From contig NC_086097.1 in assembly GCF_963921235.1 (NCBI RefSeq), positions 15,190,001 through 15,254,000 of the forward strand: a stretch of DNA of 64,000 nt, written 5' to 3'. The stretch comes from Mobula hypostoma. Its lineage: Eukaryota. Made by a program: the position numbers and the translations under genes. The notes below the pieces were generated by a model that saw only the letters and a list, made by a program, of their open reading frames with translations, was not told the DNA's origin and searched no databases. This document shows positions 25,013 to 37,729 of this stretch, in pieces (within the stretch, counting starts at the first letter, position 1; each line of letters begins with the position of its first letter).

Positions 25013-25089
25013 CTGTGATAAGATCTTATTATCTTCCTCCAGAAACTTGACTTTGTTTTCCAGTTGTCTGATGTAGGCTGAGGCAGGGT
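25013..25089 (-). CDS. Internal coding exon (77 nt, phase 1 to 0) of an unidentified host gene; coiled-coil/leucine-zipper peptide xPASAYIRQLENKVKFLEEDNKILSQ
   Basis: Strong acceptor ctcctatctcgttcttttgcag and donor CAG|gtataa; open frame with heptad leucines; non-repetitive sequence. Confidence 0.8.
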
Positions 25090-26439
25090 CTGCAAAAGAA
25101 CGAGATAGGAGTGATTAACAGAGATCTGTTGGGTGAATCTCAAGATTCAATATTCGAGATTGTTTATTGTCACTCTTTGGAACACAAGCATAGAGGAGAA
25201 CAAAATGATTGTTATTCTAGATCTGATGCAGCACAAAAAGACACAATAAGCATAAAAAACACAATAAAGAAACAAAAAAGAACACAATAAATATAAATGC
25301 AATCCTATAAAACACAATGTACAAGTTTTATATAAAGATTAATTATATGTACATAAATTGACGTGAGATGTTGTGAATATATTGGTGGAGGGGCGGATTA
25401 ATGGGTGTTGATCAGCCTGACAGCTCATCACCTCATACATAAAAAAATAGAAACAGGAAGCATTTCAACCAGTCAGATCTGCTCTCCCATTCAATATGAT
25501 CATTACTTATCATCTATATTTAGGACATTTTCATCTATATTCTGTTCCAGCTTTCTTCCCATATCTTTTGATCTCTGTAGCACCAAGAAAAATATCCAGC
25601 TGCCTTGTTGAATGGACTTAAAGATTTGTCTTCAACTGCTTCCTGTGGTAGAGAATTCTACACGTTCATCATTGTCCAGGTGAAAAGAAAATCTCCTCAT
25701 GTCAGTCTTAACAACTCTTATCCTTGCACTCGGACCCCTGGTACTGGACACCCCAAACAATGGTAACTGGTTCTAATCTGTCCAATGCTGTTAGAACACC
25801 TTCACATTCTGCTTCTTCTCATAGACCTTTAAACTGAGAAGTGCAGATTTTGCACTTCAAAAAGTGAAAGAAGAATCCCTTTCCTTGATAACTGCTGAAT
25901 ATTATTCTCAAAGGAATTTCAGTCACTCGGAAAACCTCTAATGGACTAGGAACATGGGTGGCTCTGACTTCACACTGGCTTTCCATTAGTCGCTCGGCCT
26001 GTTTCTGGCTTTGTTACTCACTAATGCACTACTCCAGTTCTGACCTGCTGTTCAAGACAAAATTCCATTCCAACATGTTCAGCAGGCCTTGGTAAAGGGC
26101 CATTGAAAAGACTTCATGAGAAGTCAATCAAATTGACAATGTGAAACATGGGCCACAAAATCCTTTTCATGCAGTCACAGTTGGGTCAAATTTATAGCTT
26201 TCGGTGAGATACAGCACAAGCTTATCAATCTGATCTACAAAATCTCAGCGACGTAAAAATCAAGGGAAGCTTAATATTTCCGGTTGAAGACTACTTCTCA
26301 ATTTGCCTGAACTCCCTGGAGCAATGCGTGATGAAATTTGCTCCAGAGTAGGCCCGAATACCTCAGCCCTCAGCTCCAACTGTTTGGGCTTTAGTGAAAG
26401 GCCTGGTGATATAATGTAACGCCTCCCAACAAGTGAAGA

Positions 26440-27440
26440 ATGAACACATGAGAATCTGCAGATGCTGGAAATCCAGTGCAACACACACAAAATGCTGGAG
26501 GAACTCAGCATGTCAGGCAACATCTACAAAAATGAATAAGCAATTGATATTTCTGACTGAGACCCTTCAGAAAGACTGGAAAAGAAGAGGAAAGATGCAA
26601 CAATAAGAATATGGGTGGAGGGAGGGAGGGAAAGGATTAGAAGCTAGAAGGCGACAGGTGAAGCCAGGTAGCTAGAGGTGGGGAATGAAGTAAGAAGCTG
26701 AGAGTTGACAGGAGGAAAAGGTCAAGGGCTGGAGAGAAAGGAATCTAGGAGGAGAGGAAAGTGGACCATAGGAGAAAGGGAAGGAGGAGGGGATCCAGGG
26801 GGAGGTGTTTGGCAGGTGGGCCAGACTGCCTAGAATTTCCCTCTATTTTTCTAAGCTCCACGTACCTATCCAAGTGTCTCTTAAAAGACCCTAGTGTATC
26901 CACCTCTACCACCATTGCTGGCAGTGCATTCCACACACCCACCACTCTCTGTGTGGAAAAACTTACCTCTGACAACCCCCTTGTATCTACTTCCAAGCAT
27001 CTTAAAATTATGCCTCCTCTCGTTAGCCATTTCAGCCCTGGGAAAAAGCCTCTGACTATCCACACGATCAATGCCTCTCATTATCTTATACACCTCTATC
27101 AGGTCACCTCTCATCTTCCACCACTCATCTTTCCAAGGAGAAAAGGCCACGTACACTCAGCCTATTCTCATAAGGTATGCCCTCCAATCCAGGCAACATC
27201 CTTGTAAATCTCCTCTGCACTCTCTCTATAGTATCCACATCCTTCCTGTAGTGAGGTGACCAGAACTGCAAGTGGAGTCTAACTAAGGTCTTATATAGCT
27301 GTAACATTACCATAGGCAGGGGAGAAGAGGTAAGAGGCCAGAGTGGGGAATAGAAGAAGAGGGGTGGGGGAAATTTGCATAATTTGGAGAAATCAATGTT
27401 CATGCCACCAGGTTGGACAATACCCAGATGGAATATGAAC
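26440..27440 (-). mobile_element. Penelope-derived element interrupted by a CR1 3' fragment (about 26820-27312)
   Basis: Penelope end FHLGIVQPGGMNIDFS at about 27380-27440 and terminal repeat at 26440-26815; CR1 MRGDLIEVYKIMRGIDRVD in between; GGCAGG on both sides of the insert. Confidence 0.8.
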
Positions 27441-27469
27441 TTGAACATATTCCAAATGTTGATGTTAAC

Positions 27470-27680
27470 ATGATGAATAAATGATTCTCGGTTTTCCAAC
27501 CGGGTACAGGTATCAGTTATGTCCAGCGTTTCAATGACAAACTCCGCCTCCTTCACCAAGGATGACCCTTGATGAAAATGGCAGAGTTTGTCATCGAAAT
27601 GTCAGTTATATTCAATACCTGTACCCGGCTGGAACCCCAAGAACAGTTTATTCATCATATACGTCGGGAAAGCACAAGAT
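27470..27680. mobile_element. Palindromic mini-Penelope-like element (inverted terminal-repeat pair)
   Basis: 27470-27561 is an imperfect inverted copy of 27567-27658; flanked by TGTTGATGTTAAC (27457-27469) / TGTTAATGTTAAC (27681-27693). Confidence 0.75.
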
Positions 27681-28479
27681 TGTTAATGTTAACCAGTTGA
27701 TTATTGCGATCATTTATTGTTACCTTTGTACTGAAGCACAAGACACAATGTACCTATGAAGAGTTGCTCCTCCAACCTACGAGTGAAGAGTGAGACATTT
27801 TGTGCCCTGTACTGTTTGATCACAAACAGCCTGTTCGCAGCCCTAAGACAAGGCTGCCAAGGTGAAGCAACAAAATCCCATCTCAGCAAACCACAACTGC
27901 ATCCCATAAAAAGTAGTTTATACCATCTACAAAAGGCACACAAAACATACTTCCCAATGCAATGATCAATACCACCAAGTACACTATTTGCAACATCACT
28001 ATTTGCAGCCTCCCAGCTAGCCACACAATTTATCTTTGTTTCTGAACACAAGACCTTGTGCAGATGCTGGAAATCCAGAGCAACACACGCAAAATGCCAG
28101 AGCAGCAGCTATGGAGGTGAATTCACAGTCGATGTTTCAGGCCGAGATCAGATACACTAACTTTAAAGCCTACAATTCACTCACCCACAATGTGGGATAG
28201 GCAAATAACAGATGGGCCAGCGATGCTCACATCCTAAAAACAATAATGTGTATGAAGAATAAATGGAGAGTTTCACTGAAATATGAAAGAATGAACTGTG
28301 GTCTGAAGACTTGCCAGAAACCTACTGGAATGGGAATTTGAAAATAACATGCAGTGTGAGGGATTATGAACTGAGTAAAGGCATAAATAATTGCATCCTC
28401 TGCAAACAGGCCAGAATAACCTTCAATTAGTCTTTCTTCACTATAGTCAATATAGACAAACTGCAGTTTGTTTTTCTAA

Positions 28480-28812
28480 CTTACCTACTGCCCTTTATGC
28501 TGTTGGTGCTTAGGCCAGCAATGAAGTCCTCCGTCTCTGTCTGTCCATACAGTCGCACACAGATATAGAAGGACTTTTCCTTGCAGTTTCTGTAACATTT
28601 CTTATACCATTCAGGGTTGTTAGTCCTGAGTTGCACCCCTGAACCTGGATGATTGGTGGACCACTCTCAGCCTGGCCTCTACCCTTTGACCTGTTTGGCG
28701 TGGGTGACCCTACCAAGAGCCAAAGCATAAAGCTGTGACTCCAGCCAACATCGCTCTGCATGTCTTTGAGACGCGCAGGCCTCCAAACCCTAGTCAAGGT
28801 TGTGGTCCTCTT
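28480..28812 (-). mobile_element. Non-autonomous RTE-derived element (5' UTR joined to 3' tail)
   Basis: Minus strand contains GGTAGGGTCACCCACGCCAAACAGGTC, typical of RTE/Expander-like 5' UTRs, and ends in an RTE-like tail GACAGACAGAGACGGAGGAC...GCAGTAGGTAAG. Confidence 0.6.
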
Positions 28813-29009
28813 AGGAGGTTCTTTTACCAAGCTTGGGAGAAATTTCTCTGCCACAGCATGAGCCAAGTATGCGATTTAGTGATGAGTGCTTCAGAAAGTC
28901 AGTGAAATTAATTTGAACTCTACTGAGTGTGGTGGGCACACTGCCCAGAATGTGGCCGGAATGTGTGGCAACGCTTGCGGACAGCCCCCAGCACATCCTT
29001 GTTATACAA

Positions 29010-29556
29010 GCATAGAAACATAGAAAATAGGTGCAGGAGTAGGCCATTCGGCCCTTCGAGTCTGCACCGCCATTTATTATGATCATGGCTGATCATCCAA
29101 CTCAGAACCCCGCCCCAGCCTTCCCTCCATACCCCCTGACCCCCATAGCCACAAGGGCCATATCTAACTCCCTCTTAAATATAGCCAATGAACTGGCCTC
29201 AACTGTTTCCTGTGGCAGAGAATTCCACAGACTCACCACTCTCTGTGTGAAGAAGTTTTTCCTCATCTCAGTCCTAAAAGGCTTCCCCTTTATCCTCAAA
29301 CTGTGACCCCTCGTTCTGGACTTCCCCAACATCAGGAACAATCTTCCTGCATCTAACCTGTCCAATCCCTTTAGAATGTTATACGTTTCAATAAGATCCC
29401 CCCCTCAATCTTCTAAATTCCAGCGAGTATAAGCCTAGTCGATCCAGTCTTTCATCATATGAAAGTCCTGCATCCCAGGAATCAATCTGGTGAACCTTCT
29501 TTGTACTCCCTCTATGGCAAGAATGTCTTTCCTTAGGGGACCAAAACTGCACACAA
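29010..29556 (-). mobile_element. Young CR1 3' fragment, same subfamily as 47475-49865
   Basis: Near-identical to 47483-48027; (CATAGAAA)n tail on the plus strand. Confidence 0.95.
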
Positions 29557-29639
29557 TTTTGGTTTATCGCAAATGGCACGTTTCACCATATGTTTCAACG
29601 TACATGTGATAAATAAATGAACGAACCTGAAACTTAATA

Positions 29640-29913
29640 AATCTCAGTGAGTCAACAGGCCCTTCCAGCCCTTCGAGCCCCGACACCCAACCATTCCCCA
29701 TTTTAACTGTAGCCTAATCACAGGTCAATTTACAATGACCAATTAACCAACCGGTACGTCGTTGGACTGTGGGAGGTAACCAGAGCACCCTGAGGAAACC
29801 CACGCAGTCAAGGGGAGAATGTACAAACAACTTACAGGGAGCGGTAGGAACTGAACCGAGGTCACTGGTACTGTAAAGCGTTGTGCTAACCACTACACTA
29901 CTCTGCCACCCCA
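29640..29913 (-). mobile_element. HE1/V-SINE-like SINE
   Basis: Same family motifs as 2335-2627. Confidence 0.85.
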
Positions 29914-30774
29914 TTTTTATTCTAATGAAAGGGGGCAGGGAACATTAGTGTGATGTTCCACATTTTTCACACAAAAGTGATTAGTCATCAAAGAAGACAG
30001 TTTTACAGTTGTCTAACCGTAAGACACAGGATTATACTCAGCCCAGTCAGCTCTATCATTCCATCATTATCCTTCTCAACCGCCTTCTCCCACCTTCTCC
30101 CTGTAACCATTCACATCCTCACTAATCAAGAATGCACTAACCTCCAGTTTAAATATACCCAATGACCTGGCCTCTGCGGCAATGAATTCCACAGATTCTC
30201 CACCCTCTAGCCAAAGAAATTCCTCCTCATCTCTGTTCTAAAGGGACATTGCTACATATAAATAATGGTGTAAGTACGGAAGATAGATTTCTGTAATGCA
30301 TCACATGATCTCTGGGGTTTTGCAATCAATAAAGTTGTTCAGAGTGGGAGTCTTTGTTATTGTATCGTAAAGACAGCGATAAATTCAAGAGCAACTGCGT
30401 GAGAACAGCAACATTTTAATTATCAATAATCGATCTCAACACCTGCCAGAATTGGACAGGAAATTTGCCTTGCTCCTGTCAAGGGGCTGTTTTAGGAATC
30501 ATATATCCAACATAACAAGTCAGAGAGGCCTCAGCTGAACACTGTATCTGATTGACAGTCCCCTTACCCTTTATAAAAGCCTCTCAAAACCTACTGATAT
30601 TTTATACTGAAATCACTCAGAGACAAAAGTTGTTTAAAAACTTCCAACTCATTCTGTCACCAGGCACTCTCACCCAACGAACATGCAAGAATAAACAGTA
30701 ATAATAGTCAACTTTAAAGAAAAACATAAACTTACATTTAAAATAGAACACTCCCAACATTGTGATAACTCTTA

Positions 30775-31345
30775 GATCAAAGTATTCAGTACAAGAGCAG
30801 AGACGTAAGTTGTATAAGATGTTGGTGAGGCCTAATTTGGAGTACTGTGTGCAGTTTTAGTCACCATCCCACAGGAAAGATGATGATGAGAAAATTTACA
30901 AAGATGTTGCCGGGATTGGAGGAGCTGAGTTATAAGGAAAGATTGAATAGGTTAGAACTTTATTCCCTAGGCGTAGAAGACTGAGGGAGGATTTGATGGA
31001 GTTACACAAAATTATGAGGGGTAAATGCAAGCAGGCTTTTTCTACTGAGGTTGGGTAAGACTACAACTAGAGGTCATGGATTGAGGTTGAAACATTTAAG
31101 GGAACATGAGGGGGAACTACTTCAATCAGAGGATCGTGAGAGTATAGAACAAGCTGCCAGCACAAGTGGTGGATGTGACTTTGATTTCAACATTTAAGAC
31201 AAGTTTGGACAGATTCATGGATGAGAGGGGTATGGATGGCTATGGTTCAGGTGCAGGCCAATGGAACAAGGCAATTTAAATTGTTTGGCATGGACGAGAA
31301 GGGCAGTAGGGTTTGTTTCTGTGCTGTAGTTTTCCATGACTATAA
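30775..31345 (+). mobile_element. Degenerate CR1 3' fragment
   Basis: LYKMLVRPNLEYCVQF motif and CR1 3' UTR. Confidence 0.85.
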
Positions 31346-31399
31346 TTCAAAAAAACAGTTTACAAGAGTAAGACGTGCAATGCCTTTTAATGCTTTGCA

Positions 31400-31660
31400 T
31401 TCATTGCCAATGCTTTCAGTATTGTTCTATTACTTTCCTGCACATCAGTAGCACTGTTGCTACTCATGTGGTCCTTTGGGGTGCTACACCTCTTCAATAA
31501 CTGAGAGGCTTCCTTACCCTCCCTCTCCAGTAGCAGAAGAGCCCTACACTGCGGTCCTTCCTCACCGAGACCCTGTGGTGGCTGCAACAAGCCTCAGTGT
31601 GTCCCTCAGCGCGTACTCCTGCAATCCGGAATGTGCCAGTTGGCAGAATACCTCTATGAG
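31400..31660 (-). mobile_element. Tx1/L1-clade LINE 3' fragment
   Basis: Minus translation CQLAHSGLQEYALRDTLRLVAATTGSR*GRTAV* resembles the Tx1-type ORF2 C-terminus. Confidence 0.65.
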
Positions 31661-31949
31661 CTGGCAAATCCATGACCAAAGGGCGTCATTCACTAAATCG
31701 GACAGTTACATGGATGGGAAAGGTTTGATGGGATAAGACCAGTTCAGTTCGACAACTTGGCTGGCGTGGACAAGATGAACCAAGGGATCTGTTCCCATGC
31801 ATTCTCACTCTATAATTCCATAATCCTTCTCAGCCACTACTGACTATAGTTATGAAACAGTATAGGATACATCTTGACATCCCACACATTATTCCATTCC
31901 TGTACAGAAACACTACCTTTCCCAAGTGGATCATGCCTTTGTATTTCCT

Positions 31950-32720
31950 GAAGGTTTTGAAAGGAAGCTTCAGAAAAATGGTGGAAGGAATTTAATGCAG
32001 ACAACTGTCAGGTGGTCCACCCTGGGAGGACCAATAAGGGCAGGACTTTCATGGACAATGGGAGGACACAAAGGAGTGTGTAGAACAGAGTGATCTGGGA
32101 ATACAGATCTATAATTCCTTGAAAGTGGTGTCACAGGTAGAAAACTTTTAGCACATTGGCCTTCATAAATCGAAGTATTTACCACAAGAGATGGAATGTT
32201 ATGTTGAAGTTGTATAAGACATTGGTGAAGCCTAATTTGGAGTATTTTCTGCAGCTTTGGTCACCTACCTAAAGGAAAGATGTAAATAAAATTGAAAGAG
32301 TACAAAGAAAATTGACAAGGGTGTTGCCAAGACCTGAGTTATAGGGAAAGGCTGAACAGTTTAGGACTTTATTACCTAGAATATAAAGGATTGAGGGTTC
32401 TTTCACTGCGGTTGGGTGAGACTAAAGCTAGGGGTCATGGATTAAGGGTGAAAGGTGAAATATTTAAGGGGAACATAAAGAGGAACTTCTTCACTCAGGG
32501 GGTGGTGAGAGTGCAGAACAAGCTGCCAGTGCAAATGATGGATGTGGATTCGATTTTAACATTTGAGAGAAATTTGGGTATTTGCTTTATGTGGATGGGA
32601 GATGCATGGATGGCTATGGTCCGGGTGCAGGTCGATGGGACTAGGTGGATTAATGGTTTGGCATAGACTAGATGGGCCAAAGGGCCTGGTTATGTGCTGT
32701 AATGTTCTATGATTCAATGA
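31950..32720 (+). mobile_element. Degenerate CR1 fragment
   Basis: LYKTLVKPNLEYF and RGHGLRVKGEIFKGNIKRNFFTQGVVRV; CR1 3' UTR. Confidence 0.85.
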
Positions 32721-33389
32721 CATAATTTTCCTGATTCTAGTAGCATAGACCTTGAGAAACTAAGTTAGAGAATTCGAAAGTTTGCAGCCCACCCAGACAC
32801 GCAGTTTCTCACATCAAACGTCCCATCAAGAAAGTACCAATATTTGACTAATCTCAGCATCATGACTTAGTCAGTTATTGCTTTTTGAATCTCCAGATGT
32901 ACCAAGGCCTGTGGGCTTGAGGCTTTGTAGCTTGCTTTTAATATTCGATGTGGATATGATAAATAAATCTAAATCTTGAATTGTCCCATTCATTGTAGGG
33001 CAGATGGACTGAAATGCACCAAAATTGAAGGATGAGATGAAAACTGGGATTACTCAGCAGATCAGACATGCACCACTCTTTCCATGGAAACCTCTTGTGT
33101 GCTATGTTACTGTTAAAGCTCAAGCAAGCAGGATGGGGTGTGAACCGGAGAAATATTCCCACTGATTCACAGAGCTGTGCTTTTGATGGAACAAGAGTAC
33201 AAACCACACCTCATGACTTGGCCATTATTCCTTCTCATTGTCAGGCTTTTCCATTTATATTAACACCATGTTGTTAGTGCCAGAGGCACAAAATTCTGGC
33301 ATCAGTACAGCAGTGAAATAAAGGCAGCATTTTGATGAGAATTTAAGCTGGAAGGAATACAAACTGCCCCTGTGGCACACTGACCACAG

Positions 33390-33810
33390 CTTCTCCCATC
33401 AGGAGCTATGGTTTGAACCTCAGGACCCACACCACCAGGTTCAGAAACAGTTACAACCCCTTAACCATCAGGCTGTTGAACCAAAAGGGGATAACTTCAT
33501 CCAACTTCACTTGCCCCACCATTGAAATGTTCCTACAACCTATTGACTCACTTTCAAGACCATTTCATCTCATGCTCTCAATATTTATTGATTATTTATT
33601 TATTATTATTATTTCTTTCTTCACGTATCTGCACAGTTCATTGACTTTTGCACACTAGTTGAATCTCTGAGTCAGTGCAGTCTTTAATTGATTCTGTTAT
33701 GGTTATCATTCTATTATGGACTTATTGAGTATGTCCACAAGAAAATGAATTGCAGGATTGTATATGGTGACATATATGTACTTTGATAATAAATTTACTT
33801 TGAACCTTGA
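33390..33810 (+). mobile_element. Rex-Babar LINE 3' fragment
   Basis: LRTHTTRFRNSYNPLTIRLLN; UTR homologous to 21140-21440. Confidence 0.85.
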
Positions 33811-34391
33811 AGTTACAAGTGGTTGCAAATACTGAGCTATTCAGCTCCCATATTCAACAACACACACAAAATGCTGGAGGAACTCAGCAGTCAGGCAGCA
33901 TCTATGGAAATGAAAAAAAAGTTGACATTTTGGACCGAGACCCTTCTTCAGGACATCCAATATTCAACAACCTTGATAACATAACAACTCTCCCCTCAAA
34001 ATAATTCAAGATGTTCATGTTTGCAGCATTCAAAACTTGTAACAAAAATATTCTTTTAAATCAAAAGAAATACAATCAAAAGTAAAAACAGGAAATGTTT
34101 GAATACTTGGTCCTTTTTCCCAATCTGTCATTGGGTGTGTTGAAGCCACTTTGCTACGGTATCTTCATAGCCCGTGATTCCTTAAGTATTCTAAAATCCA
34201 TCAGTCACTCTCCTAAATATACCCAGCAACTGAATCTTCACGGTCATCCCTGATATATGTAGAATTCCAAAGATTCACAATCCTCTGTGGGAATGAATTT
34301 CCTCTACATCTCCATCCTGATTGGCTGCTTGCTTATTTGCAAACTATGAACCCTAGTTTCAGATGTCCCAGCCAGAAGAAACATCCATAAT

Positions 34392-34784
34392 TGTCATGAG
34401 CCCTATGGCCTTTGTGGCTTGCTGTGGAACATTGAGCTACTGGGGTTCTTCAGCACATGTACTTACTAATCGTTATCTTCACTAGAGCCATTAAGCCCTT
34501 GTGTTTTTAATTTAATCTGCTCAAGTTGATTGTGACTGGCACAGGTTTCCTACATTCTATGAGAATGATTGTCTCGCAGTGTTGCTCAGTTGTTCCTCTC
34601 AGGCTTTGTTGGCGTTCCTATGTATAACTTCTCTTTTCTGTCTCTTTGTGGGATTCTGCCGTTCCTCCACTCCTGGAGTTGTGAGCCTGCTCTTGGGTTG
34701 TGTCAGTGCCAGTGACCCCCATGACAGAGAAATCCAGCTTTTCCTCCGCAAATGGGTCCAGCCCTCCGAGAGCACACCATGACA
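34392..34784. mobile_element. Probable solo LTR
   Basis: Ends TGTCATG...CATGACA with flanks ATAAT (34387-34391) / GTAAT (34785-34789). Confidence 0.6.
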
Positions 34785-37015
34785 GTAATCTCCGGGCTCA
34801 TGTGAGTTTTAGCCAATGAGGTGCTCTTTAGAAACATACAGTAGGTTTCAATAAGATCATAGGTTTCACAAGAAATACTCGGCGGGAGTACAGAAACGGA
34901 CGGAATCCCGGACATTCAGCTGTTTATTTATGTAACAGTTTTTCCCCCAAGCCATCGGACTACCAACCTACTGCCCTCTGCCGTGCCTATTGTCTTGTTT
35001 ATCATTTATTGTAATGCCTGCACTGTTCTGTGTACTTTATGCAGTCCTGGGTAGGTCTGTAATCTAGTGTAGTTTTTGTGTTGTTCTATGTAGTTCAGTG
35101 TAGTTTTTGTAGTTTTTGTATTGTCCCATGGTCCTGAAAAATGTTGTCTCGTTTTTACTGTGTACTGTACCAGCAGTTATGGTCGAAATGACAATAAGAA
35201 GTGACTTGTCTTGAAGTGGAACAAAAGATGTAAAGTGTATAACTATGTGATGATCTACATAGTTTTGTTGATCATCTCTTGGTCAAAGCAAATATTAGAT
35301 AAATTCAAAATGAATAACACACACAAATGCTGGAGAAACTCAGGTCATACAGCCTCTACAGAGGAATAAGCAGTCTATTGCGTGTGTGGCTCTGGATTTC
35401 CAGCTTCTGCAGAATCTCTTCAAAATGAAATTAAGACTCACAAAATATATAGAACTAGGGATTTGATATGTCCATTCATTGGAGCTGAACCCTCTGGTTA
35501 AACAACAAAGTATAAATTGGTTCAAGGCACACATTAGCTGTAGAGTTCTCTAGTCAGGATGTAAAGCAGTAATGCACAGTTCTGCTGGCACTTCAAGGCA
35601 GTGAAGGAGTGGTTTCAGTGGAGAGGTGAAGGGCTGTTCTCCTTGAAGCAAAGAAAGATTTGATAAAGATATACTGGCTCATGACTGGTTCAGATAAGGT
35701 ACATGAACATAAGCTATTACTCATTACAGTGTTTCAAGGAGCATGGGGAACACAAGGTTTTAAACTTTGGGCAATAGTGGAAAGGGGAAGGTGCGGAAAA
35801 TATTCTTTTTCTCATACAGCATGTAGTAACGACCTGGAACTCATGGCCTATGGGGTGGTGTAAGAAAAATCAATTAGTGCTTTCAAAAGGAAATAGATTG
35901 AAAACAAGTTGCAGGACTATGGGTAAGAGATAAGGGAGTGGATAGTTTGAGTTACTTTACACAGAACTAGTACAGATGCAATGTGTTGAATAGCCACCTC
36001 AATACAATTTAAGGACCTTGTGATTCTGAATGCTTACAAGGGCTCTAGCAAACAGATACCACACCAGAGAAGGAAACATTCAGATGAGTGGCCAAAAGGC
36101 TAGTGAATGTTGTGAGCTACATCATCTTAATAGTAAAAGAGATAAAGAAACAGAGAAGACCGGGGAGGAGAACAGACCCTAGAGATAGGCAGATGAGGAC
36201 ATCTGCTACTACTGGTGGAGCAAAGGAAGCTAGGCACTCCCTGTTCCTTTTGATGAGAAGTACTGAACCACAAGGCGGGTCGCTGCTGTTGAAGCCTTGA
36301 AGCAAGAAGAAAGACTGGAAAAGCCTGAACGAATCACTCTTGGAAGAGACTGCTTTGTTTCCTATTTTGTATTCATGCCTGGCGATATATGATGACATTT
36401 TGTGCGCAGCTCACAAAACTAATAGGTATACCTCTTCTGAACTATTACAACTCATGAACTCACTTATTTATTAATTAATCCATTTATTAATTATTAATTT
36501 TGTATGTATCATTTATCTATTAATTTATCATCTATGTATTTATTCCTTGACATTCATTCATCCATTGATTTATTTATTATCCTATCAATCTATCTGTCTC
36601 TGTGTTTGTTTATTTATCTATTTGTTTGTTTGTTGGTTCATTTAATGCATAATTTGTCCTTTTTTGCATACTGGTAGTTTGTCAGCCTTTCTCTATGTAT
36701 AGTTTTTCAAAAATTCTATTGTATTTCTTTATTTTCCTGTAAATGTCCACAAGAAACTGAATCTCAAGGTAGATGGTGACATTTACGTGCCTTGATAACA
36801 AATTTATGTTGACTCTGATTTTAAAGTGCATTTCACCGGCTAGACTGCTTCAGGACATCTAAGGTTAATGGAAACACGATATAAATACAAGACTTTCTCT
36901 TGAATTGTTTTATTGATATTAAGGTTTCTTTGGGGTGGAGTGGGTGAGGTGTGACCTTCTCACCTTTCCTCCCAAGGCAAATGAAATATATTTTGCTTTC
37001 AACACTGTTACTCAC

Positions 37016-37031
37016 AGCTATCCTTCCGTCT
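37016..37031 (-). other. Candidate 16-nt microexon (AGACGGAAGGATAGCT)
   Basis: Minus strand gaatgatgctttttttag|AGACGGAAGGATAGCT|gtgagt in unique DNA. Confidence 0.35.
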
Positions 37032-37729
37032 CTAAAAAAAGCATCATTCATGGCAAGGTAATAAAAAGCCCTGAATTTGAATAGGAGTTTGAGGTTTGGT
37101 GTTTAACCAGATTTTATAAGTTTCTATGCATGTGCGGTGCCTGGTATGGAAGCTCCAATGCAAAAAGGATCGCAAGATGCTCGAGAGAGTTGTTCCACCA
37201 GAGACAATGCCTCAGGAAAGTAGACTCCTTCACTCAGGACCCTCACCATCCAGAACACTCCCTCTTCTCATAACTTCCATCGGGGAAGAGTGCAGAATCC
37301 CGAAGAATGACACTCAGTGAATTAGGAACAGCTTCTTCTCCTCATTCATCAGATTTCTGAATAGTCCAAGAACCCATGAACAGTACTTCATTATCCCTTT
37401 TCTTTTGCACTATTTACTTCTTTCCATAACTTAAGAGTAACTCTAAATTTGCTCTCAATTGCTACCACAAAATAACAAATTTCACCTCATCCAATTCAGT
37501 AATAGTAAATCTGATTCTGGTTCTGAAAGGGTTAATGCTCTAGACTGAGGGACTTGCTTGATATTCCTTTGTGCTGACTTTCAACTGCTTAATAAACATC
37601 TCTACTGCATAGTCTGATAACTCCTTCTACTACATACCACTGGATAAAGGAATGAACTTCGCCCTCTTCCTTCATTATGTAATGTTTTAAAACAAATCAT
37701 TAAAATACTACAGGAGGCGTGGTGCTTAT

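Noticed and set aside
25838..25858. Small hairpin GAAGTGCA-gattt-TGCACTTC
   Set aside because: An 8-bp stem is plausible by chance in 64 kb.
26022..26240. Minus-strand GTGAGT donor upstream of the coiled-coil exon
   Set aside because: The required phase-1 frame has a TAG just before the donor.
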